In this document: piece by piece, positions 9,139 through 18,630 of the stretch
Layout of the letters: each line of letters starts with the position of its first letter
Numbering within the stretch: the stretch's first letter is position 1
Assembly (NCBI GenBank): GCA_963727815.1
Contig: CAVSGV010000006.1
Span: 28,541-92,540, forward strand
Length of the DNA stretch: 64,000 bases
Direction of reading: 5' to 3'
Source: an uncultured bacterium
Lineage (GTDB): Bacteria > Margulisbacteria > WOR-1 > CAVSGV01
Made by a program: the position numbers and the translations under genes
Notes under the pieces: model-generated
Seen by the model: the letters and a program-made list of their open reading frames with translations, nothing else
The model's database searches: none
What the model was told of the DNA's origin: nothing

Positions 9139-9526
<388 letters not shown>

Positions 9527-9675
9527 CATGGGAAAAATACAGCGAGGAATATAAAGAATATGAGGAATTCAAGAAAAAACATAACGTGGGGCTCAATGAA
9601 TTATTCCCAAAGGGCCATATGCCCCCCGTTCAACCTAAAAAATACGGCTAGGCGTAGAAGCGGGCTCTTGAAGAG

Positions 9676-10677
9676 ATGAAAAATAAGCCACAAACTGAGA
9701 CAGGGAAATTGCTTTCAAGAATGTTTGATAACAAGTTTGATATAACAGACCTCAAAGAAGCACTCAAAATCAGCGATTGGATACTTCTCATGGATGAGGA
9801 CGAATATTCAGAGAGTTTCTTAGCAAAGAAAATCTTTAATTCAATCATTGATTACACATCATTTGAGGTTATGCCAGACAAGAAAACGGCAAAGACACTA
9901 CGCAATGATCTGGATGATTACTTGGAAAGCTTTATCAAAAATACGCTCAAAACGAGTTCCCGTGAAAGAAGAGTCAGCGAGATAATCGTCCTACAAAACC
10001 CCAATATCTACACATTTAATAAACACAAAGAAATGATCCTCGCACTGTTTCAAGATATGCGGGAAAATTATGGAGACACTTTTGTGTTTGAAAATCCTTT
10101 TGAGGGAATACCATTTGAAGCAGACAATAAAGAGAGTATACAGCAACGTTACGCCGCCAGACAGTTTCTTTTTATACATGCTATCCTTGCTTTTGAAAAA
10201 CTCGGATATATCAAAATTCTTGCACTCGGAAATAATTGGCATTGGGCAAACGCCAATGATGATAATCTTAAATATTATGCAAAAATTCAATTGCTCCCAT
10301 CTCTCTACCAAGGACAGAAGCATGAAATAGATGGCACAAATAAAACCGACAAGACAATCTGGTCATATAATCCATCGACAGGGATACTTTCGATTAACGG
10401 CAAAAACATCCAATTTAAGAAAAATAATTTTAGGGCTAAGGTTTTAGAGCTATTAACCAAAAACAGTAGAAACATGAATAAAAAATGGTCGTGGGATGAG
10501 ATTTACGAGGCAATCGAAAGGAAAAGAAGCGAAGAAAAGTTAGGGAAAGAAGAACAAGATAAAGTTTATTACGCTTGTGAAGGCATTACTGAATATATAG
10601 CAAATAAAAGTGGTGTAACCGGATTTATTATATTTGATAAGCAAACCGCACGAATAAACCCCGTATTACTGCCTTGA
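9676..10677 (+). CDS. hypothetical 333-aa island protein (possible C-terminal winged-helix)
   Basis: Long ORF with AT-rich codon usage matching the island. The C-terminal segment KKWSWDEIYEAIERK...VYYACEGITEYIANKSGVTGFIIFDKQTARINP looks like a DNA-binding wHTH. I recognise no family. Confidence 0.5.
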   Translation: MKNKPQTETGKLLSRMFDNKFDITDLKEALKISDWILLMDEDEYSESFLAKKIFNSIIDYTSFEVMPDKKTAKTLRNDLDDYLESFIKNTLKTSSRERRVSEIIVLQNPNIYTFNKHKEMILALFQDMRENYGDTFVFENPFEGIPFEADNKESIQQRYAARQFLFIHAILAFEKLGYIKILALGNNWHWANANDDNLKYYAKIQLLPSLYQGQKHEIDGTNKTDKTIWSYNPSTGILSINGKNIQFKKNNFRAKVLELLTKNSRNMNKKWSWDEIYEAIERKRSEEKLGKEEQDKVYYACEGITEYIANKSGVTGFIIFDKQTARINPVLLP

Positions 10678-10681
10678 TTTT

Positions 10682-10714
10682 GTAGGTCTACCGTAGGTCT
10701 ACTTAGGCCTACAC
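10682..10714. repeat. three tandem 11-bp units (iteron-like)
   Basis: GTAGGTCTACC / GTAGGTCTACT / TAGGCCTACAC, directly downstream of the 333-aa gene and about 420 bp upstream of the Rep remnant. Confidence 0.5.
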
Positions 10715-10871
10715 CTCATTTAGTAAGCTTAGCTTAATGTTAAACAGCGAAGCCGAACAATCATTTGAATACGATAAGGACATCAGCAATTTATCTCTTA
10801 CTGATGAAGAGATTAAAAGAGTTGCTGACCTCTTCGCTATTCTTGATCAAAGTTGATCAGAGAATAAAAAA

Positions 10872-11168
10872 ATGAAAACAAAGATAAGTGAAATACAAAT
10901 AACGCCGATTAAAGCTAAAGACGGATTGGTAGCTATAGCTAGTTTTGTCTATAACGGGGATTTTTATATGGGGTCAATCGGGATATACACAAGGCCACAA
11001 GCCGGATACCGATTGACCTACCCCACCCGTAAGACTGCTAACAATAGTTTTAACATTTTCCATCCGATCAACAAAACCATTGCGGAGGAAATTGAGAAAG
11101 CAGTAATCAGTAAATTTGAAGAGGTAATGAATCTGTATGATAGACACAATAGTATTAACACTGAGTAA
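10872..11168 (+). CDS. SpoVG-like DNA/RNA-binding protein
   Basis: Aligns by eye to SpoVG: KISEIQITPIKAKDGLVAIASFVYNGDF...YPTRKTANNSFNIFHPINKTIAEEIEKAV. Compare B. subtilis ...RAIASITLD...PSKRTPDGEFRDIAHPIN. Confidence 0.7.
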   Translation: MKTKISEIQITPIKAKDGLVAIASFVYNGDFYMGSIGIYTRPQAGYRLTYPTRKTANNSFNIFHPINKTIAEEIEKAVISKFEEVMNLYDRHNSINTE

Positions 11169-12306
11169 AGATATGTATCATATAACCGAACCGGATAAAT
11201 TTAAACCATCGGCACGCTGGATCAATACTGATACAGGCCGAATAGGGAAGCCGTGCCTATATAACATCTAAGCAAAACCCGACAAAAACTGAATTGCATA
11301 ACGGTATTTATAAGCCACGCCTTACTTTGACCAACCGTTTTAACCATACTGGAAGATATGAAGCATCATTGAAGATCGAGCTTTCTTTACCAAAACTTCT
11401 ATATGGAAATAACTTTGATGAATTAAAAGATTCTGATTTTGAAACGGTCTCAAACAAATTGCAAGAACGGCTAAAAGAAATGGGCGTTCATGTTTTCTAA
11501 GCAACTGCTTATCAAAGCTCCTGTTTCGGCGGTGCATTACTCAAAAAACATACCGCTTACAGACGGCTCGACCCCTTATCATTACATAAAGAAAATCAAA
11601 GAAGCTAATATCACTCAAGCTCTCGATACAAATCAAACAGATTTTCGCAATGATGGCCATAGCTTTAAGTGGCACTGCAATTCTTACGAAGTGGCATTCT
11701 ATGACAAGATCAAAGACCTTGAAGTATCAAAGAAAAGCGAAAAGCGGGCGATAGAAAAAGACAATGTTATGCAATTAGGGCTTTTTGATAAACTGAAAAA
11801 AAGAAGGCTATTTGAAGTTTTGAGGATGGAGGTTAGACTAAATAAACGGCAAAAAATAAGTCAGATATTCAAAAAGCTTGAGATAGGCAGTGAGATAACA
11901 TTTCAAAGTGTTTTTGACGCAAAAAAATCCCAAATAGTTTTATGCATTATCTTGTCGAGGTAGAAAAGCAAAGGCCAGCCCTATTAGACCGGACATATAA
12001 CGATCCCCAAGCATTTTGGCTGATATTGTTATAAGCAATCCAAATCTGAGAGCAAGACAAGCATTACAGGCTTTTGGATTAAAGCAGGCGTTTGATAAAA
12101 TTGGGATGCGGGAGCTAAGAAAGATACTTAACAGATTAAGTGATCGGTCTTGGTATCGTTTAGTTAAAACTATCAAGCAAGTAAAACTTGCGAAAAAGAA
12201 TGACACGTTCGGGGTTATCCGCAAACATCTATTATCTTTTGAATCCCTGAAGTTAGTTAATTTTCAAAATGTCATCGATAATAAAAGAAGCTTGAACAGC
12301 GTATGA
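11137..12306 (+). pseudogene. rolling-circle replication initiator remnant (phage/plasmid gene II/X-like), four frame breaks
   Basis: Pieces read MIDTIVLTLSKDMYHITEPDKF... (11137-11271), ...SKQNPTKTELHNGIYKPRLTLTNR...SLPKLLYGNNF (to 11500), ...EVLRMEVRLNKRQK (11490-11963), MHYLVEVEKQRPALLDR (third frame) and ADIVISNPNLRARQALQAFGL (12016-12306). The family assignment is from memory. Confidence 0.5.
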
Positions 12307-12517
12307 TTAGCAAGAAAAGGCATAATGCCACAGAACGCAGGGCAAACGAGGCTCATAGGGGCTATTATCAGGCATTACAGGTGTTTTTACGGGCTTTTGG
12401 GGATAAGGGACGCTAAGGATCGGAGAGCTTGCACAGCAAACGGGGTAAGATAGGAATGGAATTTTCAGATAAAAAGGGCTTGATAATGTCTGTAAACCAT
12501 TGTAAAGTATATAGCAT

Positions 12518-12694
12518 ATGAAAACACAAGAATATTATTTAGCACAAGAGCTGGCCGACAAACTAAGAGTAAACATTATGACGATTTACCGCTACATCAA
12601 AGCTGGGAAGCTTGTTGCACATAAAATTGGCAAAGAATTTCGTATAAGCAATAAAGAGTTTCAGTCATTTTTAACTAAGGCGAAAACAAAATAA
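12518..12694 (+). CDS. excisionase-family helix-turn-helix protein (58 aa)
   Basis: MKTQEYYLAQELADKLRVNIMTIYRYIKAGKLVAHKIGKEFRISNKEFQSFL matches the Xis/MerR-type HTH pattern (...TvYrwikeGklpa.kiGr.wRi). It is below the ORF-track size cut-off and ends 4 nt before the RM gene. Confidence 0.6.
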   Translation: MKTQEYYLAQELADKLRVNIMTIYRYIKAGKLVAHKIGKEFRISNKEFQSFLTKAKTK

Positions 12695-12698
12695 ATAT

Positions 12699-15600
12699 AT
12701 GGACATAAAAGAATTACAAACTAAATGGAACAAAGAAAAGGGATACTACAAAACAAAAGAAGTCGGAGATGGACTACAACACTTTATTCGTCAATTATTT
12801 GAATGCCCCGCCCTATTTAACTTAAAACAAGGAAGCGGAGTAACAAAACATACTAAAAGAAAAAACGAGTTCACCATTGAAACCCGCAAAAGAGATAAAG
12901 CTGGTCAAGCTGATTACATCATTTTTATTGATGGAATAAACATTGTAATTCCTGTTGAAGTTGAAAAATACGAAAACATTAAAGCTGGCGAAAAACAGTT
13001 ACTAAAATATCAATTAGCATGGGATAGAAAATATGGCATTTTGACCGATGGCTTTACTTGGCGTTTCTATAATAACACCTCTTATATAACATTCAATATT
13101 GATGATTTATTTTCAAACACTAAAATATTTCTTACTTTCTGGAAAGAATATATAAAGCCTGAAAATTATTACCTCTCCTTCTTTGAAGAACAAGGTCAAC
13201 TATCATTATTTCAGAAAAATAGCGTTAAAGTTGAACGAGATCGAGAGTTATTCTTTGAAGACATAACGAGGTTAATTGATAACTTTAAGAATAAACTGAA
13301 TTTAGCTGGGTATTTTAACAGTAAAGATAAAAAGGAAAATGATAAAAAAGCAACGGAAATTACTTATGCTTACTTCATTCAATTTATTTTATATAAAAAT
13401 CTTGTTGATAATTGCTACCATAGTTTTGAAGATGAATTCAAGCAAAGGATAGAAGCTATACATAGAAGCTTAAAAGCAGAGGTTTATGATGCTGTCCTTA
13501 CGAACATAAAGAGTATTTCTAAGTTTATTTCTGAGAAGCTTTACAAGCCTTTTAATAAGGAACAAGAGTTCATAAATATTCATCTTGAGGAAATATTAAA
13601 TAAACCGAAAACCGAATTGTCAGATATATCCTTATGGTTAGATATTATTGTTTTCATAAATAGATATGACTTCTCAAATATAAGCAAAGACATCTTTGGT
13701 TATATTTACGAAAACTACTTAAAAGACCTCTATGACGAAACGAATAAAGGACAATACTTTACTGACCCAGCCATAGTTGAATTTATGTTAGATGAAATTG
13801 GTTATACTGAAAGAACAATCCAAAACAAATATCAGCAAGGAAAACTAAAAGAACTCTCATTGATTGATCCGAGCTGTGGGAGTGGCACTTTCCTTTATTG
13901 TGCCACCAATAGACTTATAAATGCTTTGTGGGATGATAATACTGAAAAAAAATCAAAACTCGTTGAAGATGCAATAAATAATAATATATTTGGATTAGAT
14001 ATTGCTGAATTTCCTCTTTATCTGGCTGAAATGAATATTCTAATGCGAATGTTGCCTTTAATTGTTAACGAAAAATACAACAACCCCATAGATAAGAAAA
14101 TCAAAGTTTTTAAGACAAATGATAGTGTTTCAGAATTTTTAGACATTAGAGGACAAAATCTTCAAGGTGATTTGTTTAATCAAAAGCTTTTAGCCCTAGG
14201 GTATGCGAGTTACATTCGGAATGAAGACGATTTGAAAGATATGAAGACAAGCTTGATCCCGCCCAAAAAACGTTTTGATTATGTTATTGGTAATCCACCT
14301 TATATTGGCTATAACGAATGTTGTAAACAGAAAATCTTAATTTTTGAACTGATAAAACAAAGAAAAAGTATTATTAAATGATATTTATGGTGTTAATTTG
14401 CATAGTATTCCAAACAATCCCAAACGATATAGGCCAAATCCGAATCTTTATGCCTTTTTTGTAGCGTTAGGCTTAGAATTATTAAAAGATAATGCGGTTA
14501 TATGTTACATTATTCCTCAAACAATATTAACGTCTGGGGATTTTGATGTTTTACGTTATCATTTATCAAAAAAAACTACAATTAAAAAGATTATTACCTT
14601 TGAAGGTAAAATGTTTATTGGGAGAGGATTAAAACAAAAAAACCCTGTTGCAACATCGAGCTTGATCTTTGTTGTTAAAAAGTCTTCCGCAAATGAAAGC
14701 CATAAAGTTACTATCGTAAACTACAAAGACTATAATGAGCCGGAATTTGAAAAATATTTGAGGGGACGCAACAAAGAAACCAAAACTATATTGCAGGCTG
14801 AACTACTAAAGAATATTAAAAATTGGAACTTCATAAAACAAAATGATACCTTTATAAGAATGTATGACAGCTATCTTGAAACAACACAAGATATGTCAAA
14901 TTATTATGAACATGATAGTGCGAGGAAAACATACAATAGCACCTTCTATTTTGATGGCGGCTATAGCATTGATGAGAAGCAACTCTTAAATGCCCCAGAT
15001 TTTTATATCTATCCTAAAATAAATAACAACTATTATACGATAAGAGACGCAAGAGGGTTTTGGCCAAATATTAGGCAGGGAAATTCTAAGCATAGGATAG
15101 ATTTAAGACAAGGTAATCAAGAATATCATTTATTGGATAGTGAATATAAAATTATCTGGTCATACGCAAATATGCAAAGATTCTTTTTTACAGACAAACC
15201 TGTCATATGGGCGAGAAATCAATTTAATGCTATTGGCTCAAATAACAAGAGCGAACTTTTATATTTATTTTCTTTACTTAATTCGAGCTTAAACTTTTGC
15301 ATATTAAAAAGCATGTTAAAAAGTGAGAACGAGAAGGATTTTTTGATCGCAACTAATTCCGTGAAGCAATTCATTCGAGCCCCAATTATAAACCAAAACA
15401 ATCAAATAATTAAAGATGAGATTATAAAACAAACGGAGATTATGCTTAATTTGGAAACCTCTTCTATGTCAAATTATGTTGATTTTGGAAACATACAAAT
15501 GCAAAAGTTTGACAGGGTTGAATTCGACAACAAGAATCTTATCTTATATAAAGAAAATAATAGAATCTTAGCTAAAATTAAAAGCAATCCTGAGTTAATT

Positions 15601-15855
15601 AAGCAAATTATTGCCGATAAATATAGCGAAAAGAATTTGGCTGGCAATCCAATTATTTCATTAACAGAACTTAAATCAACCCCAGTTATTGATTGTAATG
15701 AACAGGAAAGTGTTAAAGATTATATTGATACACTTGTATTTGCTCTGTATTTCAATATTAAGCTTAGTAAAGTAGGATTTGAATATGCTAAACGAATCAA
15801 AACGAAATGTAAGGGAAACAAGTTTTATACTTATATTGAATCTGGAGAACAATGA
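12699..15855 (+). CDS. type IIG restriction-modification enzyme (nuclease + N6-adenine methyltransferase + specificity domain), frame break at 14356-14370
   Basis: N-terminal PD-(D/E)xK-like motif ADYIIF...IPVEVEK followed by GILTDGFTWRFY. Methyltransferase motif I is IDPSCGSGTFL and motif IV is GNPPYIG. The second ORF frame is open from 14356 (NKEKVLLNDIYGVNLHSIP), so removing one A from the AGAAAAAG run fuses both ORFs. Confidence 0.8.
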
Positions 15856-17360
15856 AAGCAATAATTGTCGCACGAGTATCCACTGAAGAGCAAAAGGAAG
15901 CTGGCAATTCCCTCCCCGCTCAAATTGCACGACTTAAAAAGCATTGTCAAGGCAAGGGGTTTGAGGTCGCAAAAGAATTCAGCTTCGACGAAAGTGCATA
16001 TAAAGAGCATCGAGATGACTTCGATAACATCCTTGATTATGTTATCAGCCAAAAGGAAAAAATAGTTGTTTGTTTTGACAAGGTAGATCGGCTGTCCCGA
16101 AACATCTTTGATAAACGAGTATCCCTGCTCTACGAAAAAGCGTTAAAAGACGAGATTGAACTTCACTTTGTATCAGATGGACAGGTTATCAATAGCCAGC
16201 TTTCCGCAGTGGAAAAGTTCAATTTCAGCATGAGTCTTGGGCTTGCTAAATATTATTCGGATGCCATAAGCGACAACGTTAAAAGGGCACAGGAACAAAT
16301 CCTAAGAAGCGGTAGATACCCCCACTCGCTCCCTTATGGATATAAAAAAATCATACGAGATGATGGTAAAAGTAATTATGTAATTGATGAATATGCCTCC
16401 CGAATAGTCCAGAAAGTTTTTGAATGGTATGCAACCGGAGCATTTTCAATGAATTTGATCCTTGATAAGCTGATAAAAGAATATGGGATCAAATGGTCAA
16501 AGAGCTTTTTGGATAAAGTCCTTAAAAATACTTTCTATTATGGGCTTATGGTATGGAAGGGTAAGACATGTAAACATGGGTATCCGACCATCATTACCTA
16601 TGCCCTGTTTGAACAAGCACAACAAGTAAAAGCTGGCCATAATAAAAAGAAATTCAAATATGCTGGGCTTCCGTATATTTATCGAGGCCTTATTCGATGC
16701 AACCATTGCGGGCTTGCTATTACTCCTGAAAAACACAAAGGGCATGTTTATTACCATTGCACAGAATATAACGGCAAACACGATGCCAAGTGGCTTAAAG
16801 AAGAAGCTATAACCGAACAACTTAGCCAAGTATTCAAAAAACTACGCTTACCGGATCATGTCATGGATAAAGTTATTAACACACTCAAAAATGTCCATGA
16901 GGATAAAAATCAATTTAGGGATAAGCAATATGAGGAATTATCAAAAGAACATCAACTCTATACAGCCAGAAGCGACAAATTGTATGTCGACAAACTCGAT
17001 GGGCGTATTACTGACGTTGCCTATGACAGATATTATCAATCCTTCAGGGATAAGATAGCCGAAATGGATGCAAGATTAGCCTTACTTCAAGATGCCGAAG
17101 ATAATTACTATATCACTGTGAAATACTTGCTAGACATAGCTAAAAGAGCTAATGATCTATTTGTCTGTTCGGAAGTTGAAGAAAAAAGGCAAATTATCAA
17201 GTTAATACTTCCGAACCTTAGGATGGATGGCAATACTTTGCGATATGAAGCACAAAAACCGTTTGATTCTCTACTCGCTTATGCGGATAGTAAAGGAAAG
17301 CTCAGCTCAAGGTTCACGTCCTGGATCGTCCTGTTCGCGTTCACGACGTCAAAATTATAA
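15852..17360 (+). CDS. large serine recombinase (integrase)
   Basis: The resolvase-type N-terminus AIIVARVSTEEQ carries the catalytic Ser. A recombinase domain, a zinc ribbon CNHCGLAITPEKHKGHVYYHC and a C-terminal coiled-coil region follow. Its last 20 codons run across the right junction into host DNA. Confidence 0.9.
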   Translation: MKAIIVARVSTEEQKEAGNSLPAQIARLKKHCQGKGFEVAKEFSFDESAYKEHRDDFDNILDYVISQKEKIVVCFDKVDRLSRNIFDKRVSLLYEKALKDEIELHFVSDGQVINSQLSAVEKFNFSMSLGLAKYYSDAISDNVKRAQEQILRSGRYPHSLPYGYKKIIRDDGKSNYVIDEYASRIVQKVFEWYATGAFSMNLILDKLIKEYGIKWSKSFLDKVLKNTFYYGLMVWKGKTCKHGYPTIITYALFEQAQQVKAGHNKKKFKYAGLPYIYRGLIRCNHCGLAITPEKHKGHVYYHCTEYNGKHDAKWLKEEAITEQLSQVFKKLRLPDHVMDKVINTLKNVHEDKNQFRDKQYEELSKEHQLYTARSDKLYVDKLDGRITDVAYDRYYQSFRDKIAEMDARLALLQDAEDNYYITVKYLLDIAKRANDLFVCSEVEEKRQIIKLILPNLRMDGNTLRYEAQKPFDSLLAYADSKGKLSSRFTSWIVLFAFTTSKL

Positions 17361-17956
17361 TCCCTGCAAATGTTGACGAACTCTTTTTTGACCTTGTTCT
17401 GGTATTTGATCATGCTGTCGAACCAGTCCCTTGAAAATCCCATGTCCATTCCAGACTCCCAATAGTCAAGCGCGGGGTGGGAACTCAGCGTGCGGTCTAC
17501 GAGCGTTTTCATCGAAAGATCCAGGAAGAACACCGCATCGGGAACGAGTGCCATTTGATACAGCGACTTTACCCATTCGCCTTCCGCTCCCCTGACGATG
17601 TCGCGTATCATCAGAGTGAAAATATATCGATCGGCCAGGACGACGCACCCGGCGTTCAAAGCAGGCATGATGTTGTTTTCAAGCTGGTCGTAAAAATCGG
17701 TCGCGTAGAACAGCGACATGGTCCGAGGACTCAGCACGTTGCCATTCTTCGCCGTCTCAAGCTCCTCGCTGACCAGGAGGGACCTTTTTAATCCCGCGCT
17801 TACCACGGCATAGCCTTTCTGTTCCAGCCAGGGGATGAGGTTCGCGATGTGCGTGGACCTTCCGGAAGAATCCATGCCCTCGATGACTATAAGCGCTCCC
17901 TGCAGCTTTTTCGGCTCAACTCCCGCCGGCGGCTTGCCGAAGAATTTGTTGCTCAT
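17279..17956 (-). CDS. thymidylate-kinase-like P-loop protein 2 (Walker A Lys replaced by Arg); 3' end replaced by island DNA
   Basis: VIEGMDSSGRST P-loop and a LADRYIFT DRY-type motif. The tail ...LELSFPLLSA is encoded by island sequence from 17300 downward. ATGA overlap with the upstream paralog. Confidence 0.7.
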   Translation of the reverse strand: MSNKFFGKPPAGVEPKKLQGALIVIEGMDSSGRSTHIANLIPWLEQKGYAVVSAGLKRSLLVSEELETAKNGNVLSPRTMSLFYATDFYDQLENNIMPALNAGCVVLADRYIFTLMIRDIVRGAEGEWVKSLYQMALVPDAVFFLDLSMKTLVDRTLSSHPALDYWESGMDMGFSRDWFDSMIKYQNKVKKEFVNICRDYNFDVVNANRTIQDVNLELSFPLLSA

Positions 17957-18630
17957 ATCTCTCTCCTCTTGTGATGCTCGGCAAGGTCGATCTTTTTCGA
18001 TATCAGCTCCCTTACCTGCATCTGCATAACATTGATCTTTTGCGTCGCGTCTATCTCGCTGAACCCGAATTCCTTGGACATGGCGTTATATTGTTCATGT
18101 ATCCGACCCTGGAAGAGCTTAAAGCTTTCTTTTATGTCCGGTGAAAGGTTAAGGTCCTGACCGGCCTCAAAATACTTCAACTCCGGCCGGCCTTCAAGGA
18201 TTCTGGAAAGCGCGACATCAAGAGGGACCTTGAAATAGAGGATGATGTCCGGCTCCTGAACGAACCCGTAAAGCTTCCTTAACCAGGCGGGATCGCATCC
18301 TCTTACGGTATCCCTCGCGTAAGAAGTGTATATGTACCTGTCGCAAAGCACGATGTACCCGCCTTTCAGCATGGGGAGTATCTGCCGCTCATACCGGTCG
18401 GCGAAATCCGTCGCGTGTATGAGGCTGAAGGTGGTGGGCGTAAGGAGCCTGCGTTTTTTGGCTTTCTTTGTCGCTTCCTTCACGAGTTCGCTTGAATTCC
18501 ATTCGGTGAAGAACACCTTGTAGCCGAGCCCTAAAAGCCATTTATACACAAGATAAATCTGAGTGGATTTACCAGACCCATCGAGTCCTTCCACTGCTAT
18601 TAATTTCCCCGCCAGCCCCATGTCCTTCAT
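17953..18630 (-). CDS. thymidylate-kinase-like P-loop protein 1
   Basis: AVEGLDGSGKSTQ P-loop and a CDRYIYTSYA motif. ATG at 18630 forms an ATGA overlap with the ppx stop. The track start at 18711 is probably an over-extension. Confidence 0.75.
   Translation of the reverse strand: MKDMGLAGKLIAVEGLDGSGKSTQIYLVYKWLLGLGYKVFFTEWNSSELVKEATKKAKKRRLLTPTTFSLIHATDFADRYERQILPMLKGGYIVLCDRYIYTSYARDTVRGCDPAWLRKLYGFVQEPDIILYFKVPLDVALSRILEGRPELKYFEAGQDLNLSPDIKESFKLFQGRIHEQYNAMSKEFGFSEIDATQKINVMQMQVRELISKKIDLAEHHKRREI

Noticed and set aside
10737-10856. 39-codon ORF (MLNSEAEQSFEYDKDISNLSLTDEEIKRVADLFAILDQS) between the iteron-like repeats and the SpoVG-like gene.
   Set aside because: It is too short, has no RBS or recognisable family, and cannot be supported from sequence alone.
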